Source: an uncultured delta proteobacterium (GTDB taxonomy: Bacteria > Desulfobacterota > Binatia > UBA9968). Taken from it: a stretch of DNA of 64,000 nucleotides. Positions 40,317 through 51,225 of the stretch are shown here, piece by piece. Both the position numbers and the translations under genes were made by a program. The first letter of the stretch is position 1. Each line of letters starts with the position of its first letter. The notes beneath the pieces were generated by a model. It worked only from the letters and a program-made list of their open reading frames with translations, was not told the DNA's origin and did not search any database. The DNA lies in assembly GCA_963816145.1 (NCBI GenBank), contig CAWFJP010000014.1, positions 512,001-576,000 of the forward strand, read 5' to 3'.

Positions 40317-42365
40317 TTATTTCGCGCCTGGTACACGAGGCTTGGAATCGCGGTCCCGACTTTTGCGAACTTTCTTCGTGTTTTCCCCCGGACCGCGGTA
40401 CCCATATCCAACGCGCCAATAGAAATGACCCATTACTCGACCATTTTTCTCCAACACTTCACGGAAAACCTCGCCGGTCGAGTCGAAATACCGTGACAAA
40501 GAGGGCCTGCCGAGTCTGTTTCGATCGAAATCGATCATGAGAAAATTCCTGCCAACCGCCGCCGAAGGGGGAAGCCAAAAAGCCCACATGACGCTGCGCC
40601 CGCCAAAAAAATGAGGCCCACCTGTATTGAAAGCTGCGTCATTATCCACGAAATCGTAAAAACTCACCTCACTCGCAATGAAACGATTGTCCATTCCAAC
40701 GAGAATTGCTTCAGACTTCGTTTCAGCCTCGACGACCGCCTCAATTGCTTGTACCTTCTCACCCAGCAGCCGCCACGGCCCGAACAGACGTTTCAAAGAG
40801 ACGGTACCGGTGCCGGGCAATCCTAGCGCGATATAATTAAATGCCGCGCCGTGAATAATAACGAGACCGATGATGGTTGGCATCCACAATCTTCCAATTA
40901 ATTTCGCCAATGATCCTGAGATCTCATGCAGGCGCGGCATCATGTCCCAGGCGAGCAAAGGAATCGCCGCAAGCCAGATCGGTGCCGTCCAGTTGAGCTT
41001 GATCTGATTGCGCACGCTGTAAATTACAAATACAGATAGCGGCAATAAGGTAAAGATAAGTGCCCAGAGGTAGCGCCGGCTCTCGGCGGCGCTCTGATTG
41101 GCGCCTGGCGCTCTCATCATGCTTCGCGGTAGGAGAACCTCGACGATGCCAAAACAGCCGGTTGGAGTCAGTAGAAGGAATATAGAGCCAATGAGTATGT
41201 GCAGGGAGAACCTGGGGGCACCCGCCCAACGATCAGGGCCCTGGAACATAAACGAGACCCAATCGTGTTTCATGTTCCAGATCAGCACCGGAGTGAAAAA
41301 CGCAAGGGCGACGATGGCTGCGAAATAAGGCTCAGGTCGGAACAGCCATCGTCGGGATGGCTGGTCCAGGAGCACAAATATCAAAGTTCCCAGGCCCAGT
41401 AGGGCGATGGTGTATTTCGATAGCATTCCGACTCCCATGCAAATACCGACTCCCCACCATGCTTTTTGATTTTGGCCTAGAAGAGCACGTTCCAAAAAAT
41501 AGAGACACCCTGCCCACGCGGCGTATAGAGGGGCGTCCGGCGTCATGAAGAAGCCGAGTCCGAAGTAAATCGGCAAAACAGCCAAGAGTAAGATCGCTCG
41601 TACGGCAGCTGTCCTATCAAAAAGATTCAGCGTGAGGCGGAACATGAAGAGCGCGGCAATGATCCAGCAGATAAAGGCCGGTAGCCGAACCGAAAACTCG
41701 GATTTGCCAAGTACAGACGTGGAAAGCCAAATTAACCAAGCAACCATCGGCGGATGGTCCAGATAGCTTAAATCCAAATGCTGGGCGTAGTTCCAGTAAT
41801 AGGCCTCCTCTGGGATCAGATCCACGAGCGCCATCAACGTTAGCTTCAGCACCAATAGGTAAACCAGAATCACAATCGTGATCAGCGGCCAGCGAAGAGC
41901 CGGCACCTCATCGGACCCGCACTCAGGAAAAACGAAAAGAGCGATACCGATGAAAAGCACAGTAGCGCCGATAATAATCGCGCCCAGGATGGCTGTCTGG
42001 GGTTGCAAGTGCCAGTTGCGGATAAACAGCAACAGAACGGCGCTCCGAAGAAACAAAGCGATTAAAGACACCGTCATGAATCGTCCATACGGTCTCCATA
42101 TCGGCGCTGCGCCAAATGTAACGGGTTGTGCAAGACTTGGGCGAATGTTCAGAGCGAAAATGAAGATTGCGCCCAAGATAAAACTTGCCGCTTGAGACAG
42201 CTCTGTGTTGACGCCCTTGGCAATGAGTACGTGAAACACGACAAGATCGGTGACCAAACCCACCAGGAAAAAAGCCGCGAACTGTTTGTTGGCGTGCCGG
42301 CTCAGCAACCGAATTAGAATCGAAGCTGTCGGCCAGCCCGCACTATTGGATTTCTTTTGCTCCAT
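40317..42365 (-). CDS. GtrA-domain / ArnT-PMT_2 (GT-C) membrane glycosyltransferase fusion
   Basis: N-terminal 4-TM GtrA-like segment; EEAYYWNYAQHL..SY.DHPP, TPD.P, LSKY. Confidence 0.87.
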   Translation of the reverse strand: MEQKKSNSAGWPTASILIRLLSRHANKQFAAFFLVGLVTDLVVFHVLIAKGVNTELSQAASFILGAIFIFALNIRPSLAQPVTFGAAPIWRPYGRFMTVSLIALFLRSAVLLLFIRNWHLQPQTAILGAIIIGATVLFIGIALFVFPECGSDEVPALRWPLITIVILVYLLVLKLTLMALVDLIPEEAYYWNYAQHLDLSYLDHPPMVAWLIWLSTSVLGKSEFSVRLPAFICWIIAALFMFRLTLNLFDRTAAVRAILLLAVLPIYFGLGFFMTPDAPLYAAWAGCLYFLERALLGQNQKAWWGVGICMGVGMLSKYTIALLGLGTLIFVLLDQPSRRWLFRPEPYFAAIVALAFFTPVLIWNMKHDWVSFMFQGPDRWAGAPRFSLHILIGSIFLLLTPTGCFGIVEVLLPRSMMRAPGANQSAAESRRYLWALIFTLLPLSVFVIYSVRNQIKLNWTAPIWLAAIPLLAWDMMPRLHEISGSLAKLIGRLWMPTIIGLVIIHGAAFNYIALGLPGTGTVSLKRLFGPWRLLGEKVQAIEAVVEAETKSEAILVGMDNRFIASEVSFYDFVDNDAAFNTGGPHFFGGRSVMWAFWLPPSAAVGRNFLMIDFDRNRLGRPSLSRYFDSTGEVFREVLEKNGRVMGHFYWRVGYGYRGPGENTKKVRKSRDRDSKPRVPGAK

Positions 42366-42389
42366 TTCGCGCTCCAAGAGAGATTGCTC

Positions 42390-42758
42390 AGGAAACTCTG
42401 AACAAGTCACTTGAGGTGTAGTTTTTTACCGCAAAACAATAACAGTGACAACGGGAGGAGAGTCAAGGAGCAGACAAGATTTGCAGGTTTCGATTGGGCG
42501 GTAAAGAAAATGCAGACCAAGCGAGAAAAGTTACTATCGGTGATCGATCGAGTGATGCCGTGGGATAAACCGGTGGGGTTGATCGAACCGCATTATCCTA
42601 AAGCCAGCGCTGGACGACGACCGACGAAGTTGGAACGGATGGTGCGGCTTTACTCTGTGCGGCAATGATACGAGCCGAGGCAGCACGATCTTAACCTGTC
42701 AGCGTGGAAAAGCATGGATTGACCGAATCGTTTTTGCAAGAAGTCAACGATTATGTGA
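42390..42758 (+). pseudogene. IS5-family transposase remnant with a possible left end
   Basis: K..TKREK.L...DRV.PW.....IEPHYPK...GR....LERM.R, then LEKHGL..; GGAAACTCTGAACAAG at 42390 resembles an IS5 terminal IR. Confidence 0.75.
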
Positions 42759-42760
42759 GC

Positions 42761-43040
42761 GATCAATTTCTTATGCTCGTCCCACAAGAGCATAGGAAAC
42801 TCGCCGAAGCTGCCGGTGGTGGTCAGTACGTTGCAGCCGTCGTCGGTGATAATTTTGTCGACCGTGCGCGCCAGTTCGTCGGTATCGACCGTATCCGTCG
42901 CATTCATTCGATCGCCATCCTTCTTGGTAAACGCCGGCATCATCGTCATGATGCCTTTGAGGTCATTGGAAGTAATCATTCGAATCTCCTTGAATTGGTT
43001 TTGCCGGATTCTCTTATAGGCGGCGGAGGGAGTAAAGGCG
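42761..43040 (-). pseudogene. diverged direct copy of the upstream region and first 73 codons of the aldolase gene (38451-38730)
   Basis: Gap-free alignment at offset 4310; ~12 synonymous and 6 non-synonymous changes. Confidence 0.95.
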
Positions 43041-43087
43041 AGTTTGGGGTGATTTGCGCCAACCATCGCTTCTGATTACAATGCGCC

Positions 43088-43639
43088 ATGGATTTTGAGT
43101 TAGTTCTCAAAACATTGCTCGATGAGTTCACACGCCTTAATATCCGCGCCGCGGCGATTGGCGGTTTCGCGCTCGGGGTATTGGGTGTGCCACGCCAGAC
43201 ATTGGATTTGGATTTCTTAATCCACCGCGACGATCTGGAAAAACTCGACGAAGTACTGGCCCGCCGTGGCTACCGTCGAGAATTTCACTCGGAAAATGTG
43301 TCGCAATATCGCCACCCCAATGCTGCGTGGGGATCGGTCGATTTCATTCATGCATTTCGAGAAATCTCTCTTGCCATGCTCGAGCGGGCCAAAGATTATC
43401 CAACACTCGGCGGCAGCCAAAGCCTCAGGACGGTGCAACCGGAAGATGTTATCGGCCTGAAGGTCCAAGCTTTGTGCAACGATCCCGCGCGCAAGGCGCA
43501 GGAGCAATCCGATATCGAACGGCTCATGGCTCGCTACGGGCACGAACTGGATTGGCAACGAATTCAAGAATTTTACGACGTCTTCGGTTTGGCCGATGAC
43601 GCGAAAAAACTAAAGGCGAGGTTCGACCGTGCTCAGTGA
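43088..43639 (+). CDS. Pol-beta-type nucleotidyltransferase (AbiEii/DUF6036-like)
   Basis: IGGFA......RQT.DLDF, VDF, EDVIGLK.QA...R...D. Confidence 0.82.
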   Translation: MDFELVLKTLLDEFTRLNIRAAAIGGFALGVLGVPRQTLDLDFLIHRDDLEKLDEVLARRGYRREFHSENVSQYRHPNAAWGSVDFIHAFREISLAMLERAKDYPTLGGSQSLRTVQPEDVIGLKVQALCNDPARKAQEQSDIERLMARYGHELDWQRIQEFYDVFGLADDAKKLKARFDRAQ

Positions 43640-43841
43640 GAAAGAGAAACAAGAACTGAGAGAAATGGCCGCATCGGATAGCTTGCGGGAGGAGTTTCGA
43701 ACGATCCGGCGCAATTCCGAGGCAATTGCGCGGAAGATCACTGTCGACGAGTTAGCCCATTGGTTGACCGTCATGGCGCGGCTCTTTCCCGTCGCGCCGA
43801 GAGCGAAGCAAGCAGAGCACTATGTCACGATGAAGTTGTAG
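43629..43841 (+). CDS. small partner protein of the nucleotidyltransferase
   Basis: 70-aa ORF overlapping the NTase stop. Confidence 0.6.
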   Translation: MLSEKEKQELREMAASDSLREEFRTIRRNSEAIARKITVDELAHWLTVMARLFPVAPRAKQAEHYVTMKL

Positions 43842-44161
43842 AAACGCTATAGATAAAGATTTGCTCCTCGGTTTAGATTTGGGCGAATAATCAGCGAGGA
43901 TATTTATTATTAATACTTTCCGATCTGTCATTGACTTAACCGGTGTTAACCCGTAACGTGACTTATCTTCTTCAGTCAATGGCCTTCTGAGAGGAACGAA
44001 AAAATATGAAGGCCTCTTTCCGTCTCTATCCTCTGATAGCAATTTCTAAATGACCATCCGACCAGAGCAGGGTTTTAGTTTTTTACGAGCCCAGGTTCTG
44101 CCCCTTTAGCAGTTAGATTCTCAGGATCATAGACTTCAACACTGTCTCATAGGAGGACAAC

Positions 44162-44482
44162 ATGGGTAGTAAATTATATGTCGGTGGTTTGCCTTATTCG
44201 GTTACCGAAGGGCGTTTAACGGAACTTTTCTCGGCGCATGGCACGGTGGATTCGGCCAATGTGATCTCGGATAAGTTTACCGGTCAATCCCGCGGCTTCG
44301 GCTTTGTCGAAATGTCGTCGAGCAGCGAGGCGCAAGCCGCCATCCAGTCGCTCAACGGCACGCAATTCGAAGGTCGCAGCCTGACGGTCAACGAGGCCAA
44401 GCCGATGGCCAAGCGCGATAACTTCGGTGGCGGTGGCGGAGGCCGTGGCGGCGATCGCGACGGCGGACGCAACCGCTGGTAG
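44162..44482 (+). CDS. RRM RNA-binding protein with Gly-rich tail
   Basis: RNP2 LYVGGL, RNP1 RGFGFVEM; AGGAGG RBS. Confidence 0.96.
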   Translation: MGSKLYVGGLPYSVTEGRLTELFSAHGTVDSANVISDKFTGQSRGFGFVEMSSSSEAQAAIQSLNGTQFEGRSLTVNEAKPMAKRDNFGGGGGGRGGDRDGGRNRW

Positions 44483-44510
44483 GATTCTCGTTACATAAGT
44501 AATTGAGATA

Positions 44511-44545
44511 GGGGAGGCGCCTGGTCGGGGTGCCTCCCTTTTTTT
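44511..44545 (+). terminator. intrinsic terminator
   Basis: GGGAGGCGCC-loop-GGTGCCTCCC-TTTTTTT. Confidence 0.85.
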
Positions 44546-44678
44546 GTGCGGAGCAGGTGGCGCTTGGGTCGCCCTTGCTTACACGAGGGAAAAGCCCTAG
44601 CTTGACTTAGTTACTTGTCCGCAACTCTCTCCAAACCAACCAGCTTCAGAAGATCGGTTCAGTACTAGGAGGATTTAT

Positions 44679-44885
44679 ATGTACAGGGTTTTGTGTGACC
44701 GGATGCCTGCGCGCGAACTCGGTTCCGGCCTAACATGGTTTATGCAAGACGGCCGCGTCGTCGAGTTCGCCACGACGGAAGAAGCTGGGGCGATGGTGAA
44801 GGAGTTGACCGACCGCCGCAACGCGGCGAAAACCCTGACTACGTCCACGGTGACGTACACGGCGAAAGAAATCAAAATCTACTAA
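44679..44885 (+). CDS. small hypothetical protein
   Basis: AGGAGG RBS, 68-aa ORF. Confidence 0.6.
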   Translation: MYRVLCDRMPARELGSGLTWFMQDGRVVEFATTEEAGAMVKELTDRRNAAKTLTTSTVTYTAKEIKIY

Positions 44886-45203
44886 GATTGATTCAGCTTA
44901 CTGCGACTTGATGCTATGTCCGGCAGTGTCGCATGGGGGACGCGGCGCTTAGCTGAGATGTTCTCCTGTGCCCAGATGGCGGATGCGCTACCGCTTGTCC
45001 AACGTCGAGCCGATGAAGCCTCAGTCCGGTCGTCGATAATATTTATCATGATAGCGAGAGTGCCTCTCTGCCGTGGCGGCGCAGGCGAAATAATCAAAAA
45101 TAAAGATTTGACCTTAAGTGCCTAAGTGCACTATGCAACTCAGAGATGACGGGTGTAACCGTTTCTGACCAAGAGTAATCGTTCACAACCGCCACCTGGC
45201 GCC

Positions 45204-47434
45204 CTAGAACCCGGCTTGATACTCAGGGGAATTCAGAAACACATCAATCACCGAATTAAGTGGTACGCCTGAATTTAGCACTCCCACCCAACCAGCGAAG
45301 CCGCCTGGATCAGGGTCGCGCCGCAGCATGGAAAAGTATAACAGCGAGACATCGATCTCGTTCTGGCTCGCGTTTATCTTCTGAAATTCGTCCGAGTCCA
45401 AGAAACCCAACGCTACCTGCGCCCTTGTCAGCTGCCCGCTGGTTAATTGCCCAACCCAAAGATTGAGCTCGCCTGGGTCCGCTGAACGTAGCAATACGTT
45501 ATTGTACATCCGCTCGATAAACTGGCTGTTGGTTAGACTGCTGCCGAACCTAATGGTGAATTCATCGGAGTCTAAAAACCACTGGACGATTTGTTCATGC
45601 GATACTCCAGCCAGCAAGACTTCCAGCCAAGCACGAAAGCCACTATATTCAGCATCCCGAGTTAGAAGCCCTAAGTAAGTCTGGGCAATGAATTTCCCCT
45701 TGGAGAAGAATTCCTCGGAATCCATGAATGCCTCAATCAAGCTCGCTCTTGGCAATCCGTCGTCGAGGGCATTCACCCAAGCGGCAAGGCCTGCGGCTTC
45801 CGGGTCGCGATCCAAAAAATCCAAATACTGCTGACGAACGAAAGTTGAATCGCTTACAGCGAGTATGTTGGTAAGCTCATAGGCCCCGATATCGCATCGG
45901 CTCGTGCCGTCGAAATTGCCGTCATCTGATCGGAGAAAACCTCGCTGGTCGGCCAGCAAAAGCAGCCCTCGACTATCCCGGCAGCCGCTAGGGTTGCCCG
46001 CATCTATCGCTGGACTGCCGGCGACTAGAGCATGGGTCAGGGTCCGGCCGCCGTTGTTTTGCAGGGGACCTAGGATTTGCGCTAGCGAAACACTGGGCAC
46101 GATGTCGGTCGGCCCGGGTGTGAAGCCGGTGACACCCGCATTGCCAGTTGTCCCAATCAAGTTGAAGTTGTTTGCGGTGACGAGACGCTGCTACCGTTTA
46201 CTATTTCAGGCGCGACGGTCGCCTGGTTGCCAGCGATCAAGCTATTGTTGAGGGTGAGGGTGGCGACTGCGGGTGAACAGTCGAGAGCGTAGCAGCGGTG
46301 TTATTAAAGACGCCACCGCCCTGATTGGCTCGATTGCCTGAGATGGTGCTGTTTTCAATGCTGAGCGTTGCGGACGTACGCCAAAGTAGCAGACACTGCT
46401 ATTACCTAAGCCGCCTCCGACATCGGCCGTATTGCCTGAGATGGTGCTGTTTCTAATCACGAGGCTGCCGTTGCCGGGCCCGCCCGAGTTAAATATGCCA
46501 CCGCCATTACTCGGCCGTATTGCCAGCGATCGTACTGTTCTCGATGGTGAGGGTGCCGTAATGACTTACGCCACCGCCAGTAATCGCCGTATTGCCAGAG
46601 ATCGTACTGTTCTCGATGGTGAGGGTGCCGAAATTACGTACGCCACCACCGTAATTGGCCGTATTACCTGAGATGGTGCTGTTCTTGATGGTGAGAGCGC
46701 CGTCATAATTAACCAACCCGCCGACCACCGTTGACAGCACGTCCTCCGCTCAGAGTCACTTCTGAAGCGTCAGGTCCCCGGAGTTCGTGACGGCCATGAG
46801 ACGGAATGCGGGTGCGTTCCCTTGGCGAGCAATCGTGGCGCCGTTACCTTCAATGGTGATCCGACTGGTAATCAGCGGCAGACCGATGCGGTGCCGTAAA
46901 GAGCGTCACGTTGATAACATTGAGAGCGTCACGTTGGCGTTTGCCGGCAGTACAATCGTGTCTGCCCCACTGCCCGCCGCGCAGTCGGCGTGAGTCGCCG
47001 CATCGTTGTTGGCGTTGACGATGGCTTCGATCAGCGAACACTGGCCATCCGCTACGATGTTGGGATTGTTTGTCGTGACGGTGATCGTGGCTGCCGTCGC
47101 CACTCCCTGTCCCAATGCGAGCAGTAACGCGGCGCCGGCCAGGGACCAAGCCATCCTGTGCTGTAGTCGTCGTCCGCCCTGCTGCAAGTATTCCGGCAAG
47201 ATCGCGGCCAACTCGCTGGAGCGCGCGATGTCGACGCTGGAGGGCACGCCGCGCGCTACGGGGCAGGGCGCGCAGCTCCGCGTAACACGCCGCAAAGCGC
47301 GCAAACAGATCGCTCTCACACTCGGCTAAGGTGTCGGCGAGCCAAGGAGTCTTGTCCGCTTCTTTGATCTGAGAGTCCCAGGCAGCGTTGATGGTAGGGT
47401 CGGGATACGATGAATAGAGATTGAAGTAGTTCAT
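45204..47434 (-). pseudogene. secreted beta-helix / choice-of-anchor Q protein with C-terminal DUF4214 repeats; multiple frameshifts
   Basis: CSL.EAI..AN, LTI.NSTISGN.A..GGG repeats, LGPLQNNGG.T.THAL..GSPAIDAG, DQRG, CDIGAYE, repeated Y...L.R.PD..G...W...L...F..S.E. Confidence 0.85.
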
Positions 47435-48655
47435 GGCTTGTCCATTCCGAGTTTGATCAACCGAGCTAGTTTTGAAATTTGTTCTATGGGGTTACATTGG
47501 ATTTGTTTCGGATTTACGATTTTGAGATTCGAATTTTCGGGAGTTTTCGGGTTTCGTATCTTCTCCGCGGCCAACGACGACGTCCGCCAGTGCTTCGTCC
47601 GGCAGCACGTAGGAGTTGCCGAGGTGCTGATCATTCCATTCCAGCAACTTCCGGAAAGCGCATACCGCGCAGATACCTGCACGGCAAAGATTTCTTGCAC
47701 GCCGGCTTCGAAGCGCAGGAAGCCAACAGTCTGACCGGTTTCGATGTTGACGACCCACACGCCACAGGTGCGCTCGCGCAGCCGCTTCGACCAGCGGAAT
47801 GCCGCTGAACACCGCGCTCTCACGCACCTGCGAGAGTCCGATGAAAGCCAGCGGTCCGACAAAGTCGATGCCGCGCGTGAAGCCGGGTAACCTGCGCAAC
47901 GGTCCGCCATGTGCGGTGCTCCAGGTCGACCTGCGGCCAAACTGCCTTCGCCGGATTCGAGCAGCCATAGCTTGTCCTGATACCAGCGCGGCGAGTGCGG
48001 CATGGAGAGTCCGCGAAGCACGATTTCATTGCTCTCTATGTCCATCAGGATGCCGCCCTTGGCCTTGTTCTCACGCCAGCCGGCCAGCGTGTTGGTTTCG
48101 CCCAGTGCGGTGACGTATTTGGGACGACCATCGACCATGGCCAGGCCATTGAGATGGCAGCGGTCTTCAGGGGCCAACGCGCTGACAAACGGCGGGCGCC
48201 AGCGCGGATAAAAGCTATGGTCGGCGTCGAACGTGCACAGACAACAGAAGCGGGTGTTGACCACCCAAAGCTCGTTGTTGGCGTCCCATGCAAGCTCGTG
48301 GATGTCGATGTCGCCGGTGACGTGGATACGGCGGGGCAGATAGCAGGCGTCGTGTTTGCCGGCTGGCTCTAACTTTTTCGCTACTGCCGGCATGTTGCGG
48401 TACTCCCAAACAGTGTTGGCGCCGCCGATCGTCAGCCGATTGTGATCGGCGGCGATGCCCATCGGTTTGGCGAATGTTCGGAAGTGGGTATTGAGCGTGC
48501 CGTTATCGTTGCGCACGACGATCGCTTTGCCGGCTTGATAAGTGGAAACGATCAGGCTGATTTCCAGCTGATCAAAGAGTTCGGGTAGATTCGAAGTGTG
48601 CACGCTGCTTAAAGCGTTAGTTTCATTTGCCTTGCTCTGGTGGTTCTGATTGCAT
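47431..48655 (-). pseudogene. TIGR03032 (DUF4915) family protein with frameshifts
   Basis: STYQAGK, PMG, D..Y.PR....TGDIDIHE, VNTRF.CL, W.PPF.S..APEDRCHLNG.A, GLSMPHSPR. Confidence 0.88.
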
Positions 48656-49189
48656 GGCGCTGGTTGTGCCCTGAGCAAGCGCAATGCCAGCGGAGATCGT
48701 GGCGAAATGATTGACTTTCAAAGATCTGATTGGAGGCGAGGTTAAGCGATCAACGGGCAACCGTTATCTTTTGCCCACCAAAGGTGTGAAAAATGCCACC
48801 TTATGTTTTTGGCAAGTTAAAAACCGGGCCGCACTGATCGCAGTGCAGAATAAAGGCCGTTTGAGAAATGATAGATTTATATCCGTCAGTGGGTCGGCGC
48901 TCGCAACATAACGAATAAACAAAATGAAATGATGATGGTTTTTTTGACACCGGAAGTGTAATAACAACCACGCGCTAACTACCGAGGGTTTGTCTCTATA
49001 AAACTGCAAAACCTCAGGTCCCCATACCTTCGTGCCCCGCGAACAGAATCCGCCGTGGCCTTCTTCAGCGAACTCCGTAAGTTTCGGAGAAAAGAGAATT
49101 TACCAGGCGTGCTTCAAAAATAGCCGTGTCCCTGTTGAGATCAGCATCCAAGCATCCAAATTATGTACCCGGTTTAAGTAACTCCAATT

Positions 49190-49822
49190 GCTAAGCCACC
49201 GCCTATGGCGGTGAGAAAAACAAAGGCTCTGCCGAGTACAGGAATTGAACAGAGAGGCAATGACGTTTCTCCTCTCCACTGGGCCTGTCAAGTCCAGAAA
49301 GAGAGGAGAAACAACAATGAGAGAATGGCAAAGCCAAACTCACGTGAAGTGGTACTGCCGGTACCACGTGGTGATCGTACCGAAGTATCGGCGAAAAGCA
49401 ATGTTTGGAGGGATGCGAAGAGAGGTGGGGGAGATATTCAAGGAGTTGTGTCGCCGGTTTGGAATAGAATTGGTGGAGGGGCATGTGATGGTGGATCATG
49501 TGCACATGTGTTTGAGTGTCCCACCGAAGTACAGTGTGGCGAACACGGTGGGGAAGCTGAAAGGCAAGGCGGCGATCATGATTCACCAGAAGTACGGACG
49601 CAAGCGCAATTTCGTGGGGCTGAATTTTTGGGCCCGAGGGTATTGCGTCAGTACGGTGGGGTTGGATGAAGCGACAGTGCGTGAATACATCCGCACCCAA
49701 GAGGAACAAGAGAAAAAAGAAGAACAGATGAAACTCGATTACTAAAATGAACACTTGGCAGGCCCATAGCCCCCTTATAAGGGGGCTTCCTCATACTACC
49801 CGCTCTGCGGGTAGTACGTGAT
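49190..49822 (+). mobile_element. IS200-type element (tnpA only) with subterminal hairpins; exact ends uncertain
   Basis: Hairpins caccgcctatggcggtg (left), gcccccttataagggggc and tactacccgctctgcgggtagta (right). Confidence 0.7.
49317..49745 (+). CDS. tnpA: IS200/IS605 family Y1 transposase
   Basis: YHVV..PKYRRK, DHVH (HUH), PPKYSV, LKGK, FWARGY.VSTVG, YI..QE. Confidence 0.95.
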   Translation: MREWQSQTHVKWYCRYHVVIVPKYRRKAMFGGMRREVGEIFKELCRRFGIELVEGHVMVDHVHMCLSVPPKYSVANTVGKLKGKAAIMIHQKYGRKRNFVGLNFWARGYCVSTVGLDEATVREYIRTQEEQEKKEEQMKLDY

Positions 49823-50181
49823 TGGTTCGACATACAAGGCCGCTGAAGAATGAAATCAGTGGAACCGACCCATGGAAACACATGGTGGTATTTTGGCCAC
49901 CATGTGTGTACGAAAGAACACCCTGGCTCCCTGAACGCAGATCCAAATCAGTGACAGTAACGAAATTATTTGTTATCTCAAGCTTTCTCACGCAGACCTG
50001 AGTCCTTCTCTATTGGCATTGTCTTTGCGCTCTCATGCTATTCCGGGCGATTTCTTCGTTGATCCAATGGTTCGTCACTGTGGTCGCAGGTCTTGCCCAC
50101 CAATGTCACTAACCATTTCACTTCAACACTCACTGTTCCTCAAGCCGGTTTCTGTGCTATAGGGGCGCCAGGCCAGAGCGT

Positions 50182-51172
50182 ATGAGAATCACACTGCTAT
50201 GTCTTTCGATCGTTGCTCTACTGACTGTTTGTGCGTCCGCGCGCGCGCAGCAATCCGCAAAAATTCCACGAGTAGGTTATCTCGGAGGCGGGAGTTCTAG
50301 ATCTCTCATTTTGGACTCCTTCCGGCTGGGCTTGCGCGAGCTTGGCTACGTTGACGGTCAGAATATCGTAATTGAGGGCCGACCTTACAATGGCGATCCG
50401 CAGTTGGAGAAATCAGCTGCCGAGCTCGTGCAACTTGACGTAAACGCGATTGTGGCACAAGGCACGGAGTCTGTTCGCGCGGCAATGAAGGTAACGAACA
50501 CGATCCCCATCGTAATAATCGTTCCAAATGCTGCGCATAACTTTGTCGCGAGCTTGGAACGGCCTGGCGGTAACGTTACCGGTGTAAGAGGGCTGACGGC
50601 GGAGTTAGGCGGAAAATGGCTGGAACTCTTAAAGGAGACGATTCAGAGTGTGAAGCGGGTTACTGTGTTTTGGAATCGGGCAGCGGAAGACAAGCTTCCG
50701 ATATGGAAAAGTGTCGAGTTGGCGGCTCGTTCTTTAAAGTTAGAACTGGACTGGTTAGAGGTGGGGGGGGAGGTGGGCGTGGGGTTACCCGTGGGATGAG
50801 ATCGCTCGCCGGTTCCACTCCGCGGTCTGGCGCGGAGCGGACGGCTTCATAGTGCTGCCGGGATTTTTTGGGTCGGTTAAAGCCACAACTGAAATGATCG
50901 ATCTGGCAAAAAAAAATCGGCTGCCGGGAATGTTTTGGTCAAGCAGCTTGGCGGAAATGGGAGGTCTTATGTCCTACGGTGCCAACAGCATCGAGCAGTC
51001 CCGCCGGGCAGCGTATGTGTTGGATAGAATCCTAAAAGGCGCCAAGCCGGCCGAACTTCCCGTGGAGCGGCCAACCCAATTTGAGCTGGTGATCAATTTG
51101 AAGACCGCGAAAGAGATTGGTGTGACGATTCACCCCGAGGTGCTGATGTGGGCGGATAGAGTGATCAAGTGA
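50182..51172 (+). pseudogene. ABC_sub_bind (PF04392-type) substrate-binding protein, frameshifted at ~50760-50850
   Basis: GLRELGYVDGQNI.IE, SL.RPGGNVTG, GGLMSYG, ILKGAKPAELPVERPT.FELVINLKTAK. Confidence 0.85.
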
Positions 51173-51225
51173 CCGCAGAATACAAAAGGCAATAGAAAAT
51201 TAGCAGAAGGAGAATAGACAAACCA

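Noticed and set aside
42650-43066. 138-aa 'second aldolase' ORF
   Set aside because: Chimera of the duplicated 5' end and antisense IS5 remnant; lacks the catalytic Lys region.
44890-45125. REP-like GGCGGATGCGCT..GCTT and AAATAAAGATTTGACC motifs as a mobile element
   Set aside because: Partial single occurrences with no definable boundaries or transposase.
49746-50180. tnpB/omega-RNA downstream of the IS200 tnpA
   Set aside because: No RuvC/zinc-finger ORF; end hairpins follow tnpA directly.
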